This document shows, piece after piece, positions 11,120-24,699 of a stretch of DNA of 64,000 bases. The stretch is from Octopus bimaculoides. Taxonomy: Eukaryota. Both the position numbers and the translations under genes were made by a program. Position 1 is the first letter of the stretch; the number at the start of each line of letters is the position of its first letter. The notes beneath the pieces were generated by a model. The model was not told where the DNA came from and did no database searches. It was given only the letters and a program-made list of their open reading frames with translations. The stretch is from positions 59,813,422 through 59,877,421 of the forward strand of contig NC_068991.1 in the NCBI RefSeq assembly GCF_001194135.2, read 5' to 3'.

Positions 11120-12271
11120 GCCATGGCTGTGGGTAAGAAGCTTGCTTCCCCCACTATGTGGTCTTGGGTTCAGTCCTACTGTGCAGCACCTTGGACAAAT
11201 GTCTTCTACTATAGTCATGGGCCAACCAAAACCTTGTGCTTGGATTTGATAAATGGACACTGTGAGGATGTCTGTCAATATATATTATCATCATTTAACG
11301 TCCATCGTCCATCTGGCGTGAGTTGAATGGTTTGACTGGAAATGGCAAGCCAAAGAGCTGCACCAGATTCCAGTCTGACGTGGCATGGTTTCTACAGCTG
11401 GATGCCCTTCCTAACACCAACCACTTTACAGTGTGTGTGTGTGTGTATATGTGTATCCCTTTGTGTTCATGGCTCGATAACTGGTGTTAGTTTGTTTACG
11501 TCTAGAGGTTTGTAGATTAAGTACCAGACTTAAGAGAGAAAATTTGTTCAACTAAACCCTTCAAGGCAGTACCCTAGTGCGACATAGTCCAAGGACTGAA
11601 ACAAATAAAAAGGTAATAGGTAGGGTGGGTCCATGTGCCCTCAAATCCAGAATCTCTCCTCATATCTTTTTTCCTTTTACTTGTTTCAATCATTAAACTG
11701 TGGCCATGCTGGAGCATTTTGAAGCATTTTAGTCGAATGAATTTACCCCAGTAGTTTATTTTTTAAAGCCTGGTACTTATTCTATTGGCCTATTTTGCTG
11801 AACTGCTAAATTACAGGGACATAAATACACTAACACTTGTCAAGATGTGTTGGGGGTACAAACACAGCCAGGTGTCACACAGTGTGACTGAACTCAGAAC
11901 CATGTGATTAGGAAGCAAACTTCTTACCACACAACCATACCTGTACCTAACACAATATCCAGTCATAAATCTGGACACTATTCTTATGGATATACTCTTA
12001 TGATTCATATGGACAAGGATACCTTTGGAAGGGCATCCAGCTGTAAAAACCATGCCATAACTGACCTTGTCTGCACTGGTGCCATGTAAAAAGCACTCAG
12101 TCCACTCTGTTGGGTGGTTGGTATAAAGAAGGGTATTCAACCATAAAAACCATGCCAAAACTGACACAGAAGTCTGGTGCAGTCTTCTGCCTGGCCACCT
12201 CCTGTCAAACCATCCAACCCATGCCAGCATAGAAAGCAGACGTTAAATGATGATGATGGTGATGATATATC

Positions 12272-12344
<73 letters not shown>

Positions 12345-12520
12345 TGAATGTGTTAGTGTTTGTTCTCCACCACCATTTGACAACTGTTGTTGGTTTGTTT
12401 ACATCCCTGTAAATTAGCAGTTCAGCAAAAGAGACTGATAAAATAACAGATCTAAAAACATGTACTGGGGTCTATTTGTTCTAGTGAAGCCTTCAAGGCT
12501 GCAATCCAATGAGTGAAACG
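11120..12520. mobile_element. Cluster of nested family A and family B SINE fragments in both orientations
   Basis: Family A head at 11120-11280(+), family B at 11285-11430 and 12010-12260, family A tail at 11420-11610(+), family A at 11680-11960(-) and 12310-12520(+). Confidence 0.7.
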
Positions 12521-13963
12521 AGTAAAAGACAAATCAATCATTAACGAATATAATTCTTTTTTGTTTTGTTTTTTACTAATAGCATGCTATTGATAGCGTT
12601 AGAAATCATTAATGATACTATACTACAAGTAGTTAGTAACTGAAATGCTTGGCTTTAGTTCAGAAAAGAGTGGTCAAAGTCTTTGCCAATACTACTACAA
12701 GTCAACTCAGCTGTAAATGACTAATCCTGCAATTGACTGGTGTAATGTTGTGTTCTCGGTCACATATATGTAATGGAAGCCAGGTAACTGGCCCTGTGAG
12801 TCCTAGGATTCGAATCTATAATGTCCAGGGTTTGATGATGATGATGATTGATGGTGATGATGACAAAGCAATCAGAATATAATTATGGGATACCGGTAGT
12901 GACTAAGTGGCCAAGATTATGGTTATGGTTTTCGGTTCAATTCTACAGTGCAGCACTTCGGGCAAGCATTTTCTTGCAATAACCTTAGGTTGGCATATGC
13001 TGCATCAGGAGAATTTGGTTTAAGGAAACTGTGCAGAAGCACATTGTTTATGTATCTGCCTTTATGTTGTGTCACTTTAGTTTATGAGACATTTCAGCAC
13101 AGCCAATTTGGTGCCACCTATTTGGCAACACTCATTTGATGATGACTTATTTGACAAAAAACATTTTAATATTTATCATGTTCTCTCCTTCTTTCTTTCT
13201 TACTCTCTCTCTCTCTCTCTCCCCTCTGTGTGTGAGCATATTTCTCTTCATGTATATGATACGGAAAATGTTTGTCAGTCATGTTCAATTAATAATATCT
13301 CTTGCCCTCTTTGTATGAGTATATTTTTGCTCATGTGTGTGTGTGTGTGTGTGTTTGCCTCGTATGCCAAAACATGTTGTTGTCAAAACAGGTTCAATGT
13401 CCAGTCAGCCATGCCAAATCCCCAATGACGAAAGAGCTGTGCCCACTCATTCCATTCTGGGTTGATCACCAGCTTGAACAGCTATACCCTATAACTTAGC
13501 AGTTCCATTATAGAGATCAATAAAACAAGGATTAGATTGAAATAAGTACTACAGTTTGATATGATTGCCTAAAAACAATGACCTGGCATGGCTGCAGTCC
13601 AATGATTGAAACTAACTAAAGAATACAGTTGTAGTATTTTGTTAGTTGCCAAGAGATTTGCTTCCCATCCATATGGTTCGAGGTTCAGTCCCATTGTATG
13701 GCACCTTGGGCAAGTGTTTTCTAGTCGAGCCCCAGGCTAACCTAAGCTTTGTCAATAGATTTGGTGAACAGAAATTTAAAGAAGCCATGGTACACACACA
13801 CACACACACTAGAATGATATAACACAAGAATGGGGGATACCAGGCTTTAATAGTAGATCACAACATCTGATTCCGTGCACTGTGCACCAGCTTTAAGTTG
13901 CTCAGTTTATATTCTTAGACCATTATAGAAGGTCATTCTTTAGAATTACTACATAGCTGAATT

Positions 13964-14033
<70 letters not shown>

Positions 14034-15350
14034 ACTGTCTCCTTGTTTTGATATCATATGATAGTTGTAGGCAAGTGTCACCATCATGCAAGCTGTGTTC
14101 TTTATTTCTGGTTTTCTGTGAAGACATGTTTGGTCATGAGGAAATATCTTACTTGGAAACTGGTGATGGTTGGCGACAGTATGGGCATCCAGCCATTAGA
14201 AATTCGCCTCAATAAACTCCCTCTGACTCATGTGATGATGATGATGATGATTAGTCATCATCTGATGTAATCTACTTTACCTTGACTTATATTTTCTTGA
14301 TCAAATTGAAGTCAATTATGACACGATCTACTCTCCCATGACCAGGTTTAGTCTTTCATGTGTTATGAAAAGTTTTCACTCATATCTAAGTATGTCTTTT
14401 CACTTTTACTTTTCTTGATGCCTAGGACTTGCATGGCTGGTTACCCAGTTTTCATAGAGCATGGTACTCTGTCGGTTACGACTATAAGGGTTCCAGTTGA
14501 TCTGATCAATGGAGCAGCCAGCTCGTGAAATTAATGTGTAAGTGGCTGAGCACTCCACAAACATGTGTACCCTTAATGTAGTTCCCAGGGAGATTCAGCG
14601 TGACACAGAGTGTGACAAGGCTGGCCTTTTGAAATACAGGTACTACTCATTTTTGCCAGCTCAGTGGGCTGGTGCAACATGAAATAAAGTGTCTTGCTCA
14701 AGGACACAATGCACTGCTTGGAATTGTACATATGACCTTACAATTGCGAACCAAATACCCTAACCACTAAGCCCTGTTTCTCCACCATCCCATGGCACAC
14801 AAGTGACCAAGATCACAACATCCTCCTTGAATGGGTTACCTGTCTGTTGCAGGGGTCAAGGCTAGTGATTTTGAGGAAAAAGGAAAGAAAAAAGAAGGCA
14901 CAATCTCTGAATGTGTATGTTGATTGTATGAATGAAAGATGTGTGTGGTTTTCTTTTTCTTTTTCTCTTTTGAAAGGGTATATGTTTATGTGTGAGGACA
15001 TATATATAAACAAAGAAATGGGTATCTAAGACTGGCTTATGTGATAAAGGAATGCACCCACTGACCTTATAGATGCAGGAATGGCTATGTGGTAAGTAGG
15101 TTGCTTACCAACCACATGGTTCTAGGTTCAGTCCCACTGCGTGGCACTTTATGGAAGTGTCTTCTATAGCCTCAGGCCAACCAAAGCCTTGTGAGTTGAT
15201 TTGGTAGACGGAAACTGAAAGAAGCCTGTCATATACTCTTTTACTTGTTTCAGTCATTTGACTGTGGCCATGCTGGAGGACTACTGACTGAACCCAGAAC
15301 CATGTGGCTGGTAAGCAAGCTACTTACCACACAGCCACTCCTGCGCTTAT

Positions 15351-15381
<31 letters not shown>

Positions 15382-15386
15382 TATAC

Positions 15387-15435
<49 letters not shown>

Positions 15436-15902
15436 TGTGTGTCTGTGTTTGTCCCCCTAACATCGCTTGACAACCGGTGCTGGTGTATTTACATCCCTGT
15501 AACCAAGCAGTTCGGAAAAAGAGACTGATAGAATAAGTACTTGGCTTACAAAGAATAAGTCCTGGGGGTGATGTGCTTGACTAAAGGTGGTGCCCCAACA
15601 TGGCTGCAGTCAAGTGACTGTAATAAGTAAAAGAATAAAAAAATAAAAGAATTACATTCTATCTAATGTGAATCAGTGAAGTAGCTTCTATATGGTTGGT
15701 CAAAATGCTAGAAATACATCTGAATCTCCCTTAAATCTCACTGTACTATTTTGAAAAAAAAAGGAAGAAAAACACTAGGCAATATTTTTGTGCATAAACA
15801 GAAAGACGTACTGATCATGACTGGGATGCCTGTGATGGTAGATCTGCTTACACAGGACTTCAATAAAAACAGTTTATCTCACACACATATAATCTTTCAT
15901 AG

Positions 15903-16007
15903 GAAGCAGCATGTGGTGATGTGGCATAGAATGCAGCCAAATGAACACTTGTTGGCAGGCAAAATTGTTAACATAGCCAGCAATATGGCAAAGATGTTCA
16001 AGAAATA
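15903..16007 (+). CDS. Candidate internal exon (K)KQHVVMWHRMQPNEHLLAGKIVNIASNMAKMFKK, product unknown
   Basis: Acceptor ATCTTTCATAG, donor GTGAGT plus a T run. 105 nt, symmetric phase 2-2, and the only open frame is the one compatible with the 8120-8160 exon. Confidence 0.35.
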
Positions 16008-16128
16008 GTGAGTTTTTTTTTTTTTATGTGTCTGAGTTTTAGATGCTAGAATTCTTGAATTCAAATATTACTAGAAACTCATCTCAGCCTTTCATTTGTC
16101 CAATACAGATAAAATGTATAAAAGTGTG

Positions 16129-16162
<34 letters not shown>

Positions 16163-16249
16163 GTTAGCTTGCTAACTAGCTAGCTGTCTGTCTCAGCCAG
16201 CATTGACCCAAGCCAAAACTAACTTAACATCACCTAGAAAAGGCATTGA

Positions 16250-16720
16250 GCGATGCTTCATATTATAGTCATTCTTTCGGCACCATAGCTCATTCGAGTA
16301 AAGGGATATGTTTTGCAGAGATATATCTGGGTGTAGGTGATTTATCTGGAATTTGGTGGAGATATTCATCCAGGACCTGTTTGAATGTTATGAGGTGTTT
16401 TTCTTCTCTTGGCATGATGTTAAAGAGAGCAGGGTTAAATTGAGGTGAAATAGTTCTTAGTGCTGTAATGTGACATGATTTAAGATTGTTGTAGTGATTG
16501 ATAGCAAAAGGATCAAGCCTTGCTTGAAGTTGATGCCAACATTATTTGGGCAGTGATGTTGGAATATTTTCCACATCATACAAATGATATAGCACTCAAT
16601 GCAGCATTGGTGCAAATAAAGTTTGAGTTTCTAGAGACAATTTCAATAATCAAGACCTATCATGTTGTCTATTTTCCTATTGATCAATGTCTGGGGTGCT
16701 TCAATTTTTATATTTGGCTG
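16250..16720 (-). pseudogene. LINE (CR1/L2-group) ORF2 3' end remnant
   Basis: Minus strand reads FNPALFNIMPREEKHLITFKQVLDEYLHQIPDKSPTPRYIS, matching the GP.LFN.LP...FK..LD.FL..IPD.P C-terminal motif. Confidence 0.7.
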
Positions 16721-17420
16721 TTAATTGATATATGTGTGTTTGGGCATGTATGTACATCTGTGGTGCAGGCATGGCTGTGTGATTAAGAAGTTTGTGTCAC
16801 TACAGCATGGCACGTCGTGCAAGTAATTTCTATCATGGCCCCTGTTATTGAATCTGGTAAATAGAAACTGTAGTAAGCTTGTTGTGTATATATGTGTGCA
16901 TGGCTGTTCATATTTCTCTTGTCATAATTTGAGTGAAACTGTGGTGATGTTTACCATCTGTGTTAACATTATAACCAATTGATCCATACTTCCAAAGAGC
17001 AGTGGAAATATAAAAATCCTTCACTTAAAAGATGGACGAGGGTTGGCACCAGCAAGCGCATCTAGCTGTAAAATCTTGTATCAAAATCAATTCCTATTTA
17101 AGCCATCTTAGCATAGAAAAGTGGACATTAAATGAATGAATGTGGCAACTTGAACAAGAGTAATTTTTCTATAACCTTGGGTTGCTCCACAGTTTGTGAG
17201 TGAAATTGGGTAGATGGAAACTGAAGAAGCCCATTGGATGAATTGTACCTGTAATTTAAAGGTTAAGCTCAGACATACAATGTAACGGAATTCTCAGCCA
17301 CTTACATGCTTATGTTAATTCAATGAGTCTAGTAGTTCGGTTGATTTGTAACCTAACACTCATGGTTGAAAATTCTAACCATGATCCATTACTTTTATGT
17401 GTGTAAGTATACATATGGAG

Positions 17421-17458
<38 letters not shown>

Positions 17459-18004
17459 AGGAATCATCATCATCGTCATTTAATATCTGTTTTCCATGCT
17501 GGCATGGGTTGGAGAGCTTGACAGGAACTGGTAAGGCCAGGGGCTACACCAGGTTGGTTTCTACAGCTGGATGCCCTTCATAAGGCCAACCATTTTACAG
17601 AGGTTTGCAGGATAGGGCTACTTGATCACATTGACCCCCAGTGCTCAACTGGTACCTATTTTATTGATCCCAAAAGAATGAAAAGCAAATTCAACCTCAG
17701 TGGTATTTGAATTCAGAACATACAGACAGACGAATGTACTGATGTCTACATAACAATGAACTATGGCCACAAATTGTTTGGGTAGATAAAACTTTGGATT
17801 ACTGAGCTCTAAACTGACAGTTCATTACTCACAGCCATTGTTTTGCTGTCTGTACCAAATACATTAACTACTTGTACTTGCCTAAGCTTTCTGTTAGAAG
17901 GTTACTGACAAAAGACTTTCTTGCAATCTAGGATAAGTATTTTCCAACCCACTTAACATTACAGAAGCCTGAGCTAACCAAATCACACAAGAATTTTATG
18001 AACT

Positions 18005-18660
18005 CATGGCTGTGTAGTTAAGAAGCTTGCTTCATAACTATGTAGTTTCAGGTTCAGTCCCATTGCATGGCACTTTGGACAAGTGTCTTCTACTATAGCC
18101 CAGAACAGACCAGTGCCTTGTGAGTGAATTTGGTAGTCAAAAACTGTGTGGAAGCCTACCAAATTCACTCACAAGGTGGCGAGCTGGCAGAAATGTTAGC
18201 ACGCCGGGCGAAATGCTTAGCGGTATTTTGTCTGCCATTACGTTCCGAGTTCAAATTCCGCCGAGGTCGACTTTGCCTTTCATCCTTTCGGGGTCAATTA
18301 AATAAAGTACCAGTTAAACACTGGGGTCGATATAATCGACTTAATCCCTTTGTCTGTCCTTGTTTGTCCTCTCTATGTTTAGCCCCTTGTGGGCAATAAA
18401 GAAATAAGAAATAAGAAACTGTGTGGAAGCCTGTTGATTGTATACATGCATGTGCCTCTCTCTGTCCATGCACATCCCCCTCTTTGCTGGTTGACAACTA
18501 GTATTGGTTTGTTTATGTCTGCATAACCTAGCAGTTCAGCAAAAGATACTAATAAAAAAAAACAAGAAGTGCTGGGGTTAATCTGTTTGGCTAAAACCCT
18601 TCAAAGCAGTTCCCTAGCATGATCACATCTAATGACTGAAGTAAGTTAACGATAAAAAAT
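18005..18660 (+). mobile_element. Young family C SINE (18175-18415) inserted into a family A SINE, with 17-bp TSD
   Basis: AAACTGTGTGGAAGCCT at 18141-18157 and 18416-18432. The inner copy retains its CpGs. Confidence 0.8.
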
Positions 18661-19169
18661 GCTGAGAATTTGTGTAACTGGCTGGAACATCATCATCATC
18701 ATCATCAGTTAACATTTGTATCTCCACACTGGCATGGGTTGGATGGTTTGACAGGAGCTGGTAAGGTTGGAGAGATGCACCAGGCTGCTCCATTGTCTGT
18801 TTTGCCATGGTTTCTACAGCTGTCTGCCCTTCCTAATGTCAACCACTTTACAAAGTGTACTGGGTACTTTTTACATGTGGTTCTCAACTGTAGATCTCAG
18901 GGTCAAACGTGTCCCTCAAGTATCCTTCCAGCAGCCCTCAATGATCTTTCCTTTATAAATATCATAAATTTTTCTTAAATGGAGTTGTATTTTGCTTTTT
19001 TTTTTGTGTAAACTCCTAAAAAAATCTGGGTCTTGGATCTAACCTAGATATTAAAACGTTTAAGAGCCACTGGAATACCCTGTTGCAGTGGACAAATTTT
19101 TTTTCATCTTGTTAATAGTGTTCAAGTTTCTTAATAAGAGTGATAATTTAATTATTTTACTTAAGCTCA

Positions 19170-19350
19170 TTGCTCCCTATGGAGTATAGGCTATCAATGA
19201 GTTTTCTGCTTTTCTCTACTTGGATCCCCACTTTTACAATGCTGCCTCAGCATCCCAACTCCAGCTATTTTTAGGTTGTCATCTCTTCTGCCTTCCTTGT
19301 GGGTTCCTGGTCAGAGCCTGTTGTATAATGCAGGAGGTCGGTTTCCTTTC
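19170..19350 (-). pseudogene. RTE-clade LINE 3' remnant
   Basis: Minus strand reads IIQQALTRNPQGRQKR*QPKNSW, matching RTE QAL.WNPQGKRKRGRPKNTW. Other probable RTE scraps at ~35250-35670, 43800-44040 and 57520-57660. Confidence 0.65.
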
Positions 19351-21911
19351 AGATTTTACTACACTACATCCCTGAAGGGAGGCCTTCCGCTTTGAATTGT
19401 CATTGAAACTTCTGTAACTTTGCTTTTATCTAAGTAATAGTGCTGACTGTATATCATCATCATCACCATCACCTTTTAATGTCCGCTTTCCATGCTGGTA
19501 TGGATTGGACAATTTGACTGGAGCTGGCAAGCCAGAGAACTGCACCAGGCTCTGTTGTCTGCTTTGGTATGGTTTCTATGGCTGGATGCCCTTTCTTATG
19601 TCAACTACTTTACAGTGTTCACTGAATGCTTTTTATGTGGCACCAGCACCAGTAGGGTTGCCAAGTAATTTGCAAGACAAAGGCCCCTCATCTGGGACAG
19701 GGAGTGGCACTGAGAGAGGATGCTTTGTGGTGGTTAAAGTGTGTGTCCACATACGGACACACACAATGGGCTTTTGCACAATTTCCTTTTACCAAATTTC
19801 TTTTACATGTCATTGTCAACCCAAGGTTACAATGGAAGGCACTTGTCCAAAGTACCCCCACTATTGGATCATACCAGGAATCAGGAGGTTGCAAAGCAAA
19901 TTTCATAAACAGACAGCCATGTCACTGCCTTTGTGTGTGTGTGTATGCATGCACACATGCATGTGAGTGTGTGTATGTGTATGTATGTGTGTGTGATTCA
20001 AACATGACTGCTTCTTATCTTTATATTATTTTTACATTGTGTTTGATTGCTACAGTAAAATTCCTAAGTTCTTTATGATTTTAATTTTTGTGATGAAGTG
20101 GTTGGTTTTTGGCATGTGTTACCACCATTTTAAGCAAAAGAGAGAAGCAAAATAGGCTGTATGTATGTTAATAGTGACATTACCACAAGGTTTAATATGA
20201 CTGCTACTTCCAGTCTTTTCACAGTAACCAAGGAGTGGTTTTTATTTGTGACTAGTGTGCGTTAAGTTTTTATTTATCATTTTCTTATTTTGTGCCCTTA
20301 ATGTCACTTCCAGTTGTATAACATAATGTAAAAATCAACATGCAGAAAACATGTATGATTCATAAAGAAAATTCTGGAGTTTGATGAAAACCCAACAGTA
20401 ATTTCTCTCTTATTTTAACCTGAACAGGAATCTTATGGCAACTACCAACTTTAAATTTTGGTATTGGCAGTAACAGATGCCAAGACCAACAATCATGTCA
20501 TCCAGAAAGATAAGACTGTAAAGGTCTAAAAACATAGATGGACCAAAGAACTTTGACTGTTGTAAAGGGCTTGTAAAGAATTATGAAGAAAAAAAAAAAC
20601 TTTGGAAAGATAAAACCACACATGTTTTCAATTTAATGTGTTTAAAAGAAAAGATGTCTTCCATATACAAATATGTATGTGTATGCACACACACACTTTT
20701 GCATGTGTTTGCAATGGGTTGGATGGAATTTGTTGAGAGGAAGTTTCTACACCCAGATACCCTCACCTGTTTCTAAGTAAAGTAATAACATGACCAAGAA
20801 TGTTTTTACAGAAGATTGGAAATGAAGGACATTGACACTAATTTATAACTACCATGCAATGTCAATCAAGGCAAAGAATCAGACTCACACACTCAAACAC
20901 ACACACACACACACACACACACGACGGGTTTCCTTCAGTTTCTGTCTATCAAATTCACCCATGTGTCTTTGGTTAACCCAGTACTGTAGTTGTAGACACT
21001 TTGCGCAAGGTGCCGCATAGTGGGACTGAACCTGAAACCTCATGGTTGTAAAAGTAAGATTTTTAACCACACAGCCATTCCTGTGCTAATATACATTTTT
21101 CTTTTTTTAATAACAAATGGAAGAAAAAGTACTTTATACAAGTTGTAGAATTAAATATATTTGGTTGATGTTTTTGAATTTCTTTAAGAAGAAATATTTG
21201 TTGCCCTGAAGAAACAAGAATTCATAAAAACTTCAGATAGTTGCATAAACAGCAGCAACGAAGTATACATTTCATATATAGATGTAGGCCACCTCATGCT
21301 AGTATGGACTTTAAAATTGATGATGATGATATATTTGCTTGCAAGCAAAGTAAAATGAAAAGTGGTTGTATGGTGAAGAAGCTTGCTTTCCAATCATGTC
21401 ATCTTGGGTTCAGTCCCACTGTGCGGTATCTTTGGCAAATGTCTTCTGCTATAAGCTTGGGCCCGCTAAAGCTTTGTAGTTGACATCATATGAATTTATA
21501 AACTATCGACAGAACGTGAAATAATTTTTTCAGAACAGTGGATCTCAAAGCATACAAGAAGTTATAATATTTACATGCTGTTAATTATAGCTTTATTGTA
21601 ACTTTAAAGAGATATATTTATATGGTGCGGTGGGAGGACACGTACACAAGCATGTATATAAATACATATAGCTATGTACATATTGGTTTAGTTGATTTGA
21701 ACCAATGAGGTTCGATCATGTTGGAACTCTGCAACTTTGTATTTAGTTTTTATCTTCCTGGTGTTTCAACATGTGTCTGTGTGTGTGAGCATGTGCGCGC
21801 GTGTGTATGAGTGTTTATAGTTGCTGAATGAGTGAGGTTACTAGAGACTGCTCGACACTAATTGAATATATAATATAATACACTGGACTGGGTCACAAGA
21901 GAGAAACTTAC

Positions 21912-22013
21912 CCAGGTAATGTTTCAAATATTCATGAGGAGCCATTATCAAGTTCCTGATTTATTTAGGTCAACTATGAAACAACCAAGCGCTTTTCTGA
22001 AGACTGCACCGTT
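21912..22013 (-). CDS. Candidate minus-strand exon with 5' UTR and start MAPHEYLKHYL (ATG at 21945)
   Basis: Acceptor TGCTTTTATTAG, ATA-ATG-G Kozak context, donor G|GTAAGT. No downstream partner exon identified. Confidence 0.3.
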
Positions 22014-24003
22014 CTAATAAAAGCATTTTTACTCAATTGTCATCTGATAAAATCTTTCAGCAGTTAACAAATGTCTTCTCAGTTCCTTTATATAATCAAT
22101 GATGTACACTGAAATTTGGTACTTTGTCGGCTCTCTCTCTCCCTCTCTCTCCCTCTCTCTCTCTCTCCCTCTCTCTTTTCTAAGGGATAGGGGCTTCAGA
22201 GTTTGGAGTTGCTTATTTGACCTTTATTTTTAAACCTTTTACTTGTTTCAGTCATTGGACTGTGGTTGGATATCCTCAAACAAATTGATCCCAGTAATTA
22301 TTCCTTGGGTCTATTTTGCCAAACCGCTACTGGGTGGGTGGAGGGAACAAACACAAAATACTGGGGGAGGGGGGAACAAACACAAAGACACACACAATGG
22401 ATTTCTTCAGAGTTTCATCATCATTTAACATCTCTTTATCCATGCTGGCATGGGTTGGATAGTTTGACAAGAAAAGAGGAGCTAGATGACTCCACCAGGT
22501 TCTAAGTCTTCTCTAGCATGCTTTCTACAGCTGGATGCCCTTCCTAATGCCAACCACTTAACTGAGTGTATTCAGTGTTTTTTACATGGTACCAGCACTG
22601 GTGAGATTCATCTACTAAATTCACTCACAAGGCATTGGTTAACCTTGGGCTATAGTAGAAGACACATTCCCAAGGTGCCATGCAATGGGACTAAACATGA
22701 GTCCCCACCTGACTAGTCAATGAATATTACTTGTAACTTACACTTCATGTGATACCTTATTTACATATATTTTAAACTGCGGCTAGTGGGTGATGCAAAT
22801 AGGAAAAATAGAACACAAAACATGAGTATATAAATTTTGATAAGTGCTAATGAATGGAATTCTTGGCCTGTAACTTCTACCGATTATATATATATTCTTT
22901 TATTTGTTTCGGTTGTTTGACTGCAGCCATGCTGGAGCATGCCTTTAGTTGAGCAAATCAACCCCAGGACTTATTCCTTGTAAGCCTAGTACTTATTCTA
23001 TCACTCCCTTTTTGCCGAACCACTAAGTTATGGGGACGTAAACACACCAGCATCGGTTGTCAAGCGATGTTGGGGGTGGGGGACAAACACAGACACCCAC
23101 ACATATATATATATATATATGACGGGGTTCTTTCAGTTTTCGTCTCCCAAATCCACTCACAAGGCTTTAGTCAGCCTGAGGCTATAGTAGAAGACACTTA
23201 GAAGGTGCCATGCAGTAGGACTGAACCTGGAACCANNNNNNNNNNNNNNNNNNNNNNNNNNNNNNNNNNNNNNNNNNNNNNNNNNNNNNNNNNNNNNNNN
23301 NNNNNNNNNNNNNNNNNNNNNNNNNNNNNNNNNNNNNNNNNNNNNNNNNNNNNNNNNNNNNNNNNNNNNNNNNNNNNNNNNNNNNNNNNNNNNNNNNNNN
23401 NNNNNNNNNNNNNNNNNNNNNNNNNNNNNNNNNNNNNNNNNNNNNNNNNNNNNNNNNNNNNNNNNNNNNNNNNNNNNNNNNNNNNNNNNNNNNNNNNNNN
23501 NNNNNNNNNNNNNNNNNNNNNNNNNNNNNNNNNNNNNNNNNNNNNNNNNNNNNNNNNNNNNNNNNNNNNNNNNNNNNNNNNNNNNNNNNNNNNNNNNNNN
23601 NNNNNNNNNNNNNNNNNNNNNNNNNNNNNNNNNNNNNNNNNNNNNNNNNNNNNNNNNNNNNNNNNNNNNNNNNNNNNNNNNNNNNNNNNNNNNNNNNNNN
23701 NNNNNNNNNNNNNNNNNNNNNNNNNNNNNNNNNNNNNNNNNNNNNNNNNNNNNNNNNNNNNNNNNNNNNNNNNNNNNNNNNNNNNNNNNNNNNNNNNNNN
23801 NNNNNNNNNNNNNNNNNNNNNNNNNNNNNNNNNNNNNNNNNNNNNNNNNNNNNNNNNNNNNNNNNNNNNNNNNNNNNNNNNNNNNNNNNNNNNNNNNNNN
23901 NNNNNNNNNNNNNNNNNNNNNNNNNNNNNNNNNNNNNNNNNNNNNNNNNNNNNNNNNNNNNNNNNNNNNNNNNNNNNNNNNNNNNNNNNNNNNNNNNNNN
24001 NNN

Positions 24004-24060
<57 letters not shown>

Positions 24061-24699
24061 AACACATATCTACGCTTATAAATATGTATTAATTTGCATG
24101 TGTGATTGAATGATTCTGCAAAGCTGAGTTTATCCTCTAGTCTTTGTTTAAAATAGACTGTCGTTATATACATTGCTTTGCAACCTTGAACTTGAAGGCA
24201 AGCACAAGTACTGAAAGTTGTGTGTTAACTAGATAAAGCTTGACGCTGAGTGCCACTATTCTAGGACTTGTCCCATAGTGGAACCACCATACCAATGTCT
24301 AGCCAGAATGACGAAAGCTGAACACACGTGTATGACGGTGGTTGGGTTATTTGTTTGGTCTTAGGCCATATAGGGATATACAGATGCCCAACCAAACAGG
24401 CGAAAAGCCACACAAACATACAAATACAGTGACTATTTCTGTTGACTATCAGTCTATTATGCTAGCCTAATCTGCTTGTTGCTGTATTGTCCTATATCAG
24501 CCCCTGATTGAACAAGCCTTATGGTCAAAGAATCTGTAGTCTTTACTTATCTTATTTTTCTTAACACTGTATAACAAATAGGACTACATAACAAATGTAA
24601 GACTAATGTAATTTGTAGAAGATTTGGTTGCCATTTCTAGCAGGTTGAGCGACTGCCTAGAGACGTCCTATCTTGTTTGTCTGGCCATCGTGCTGTCAG

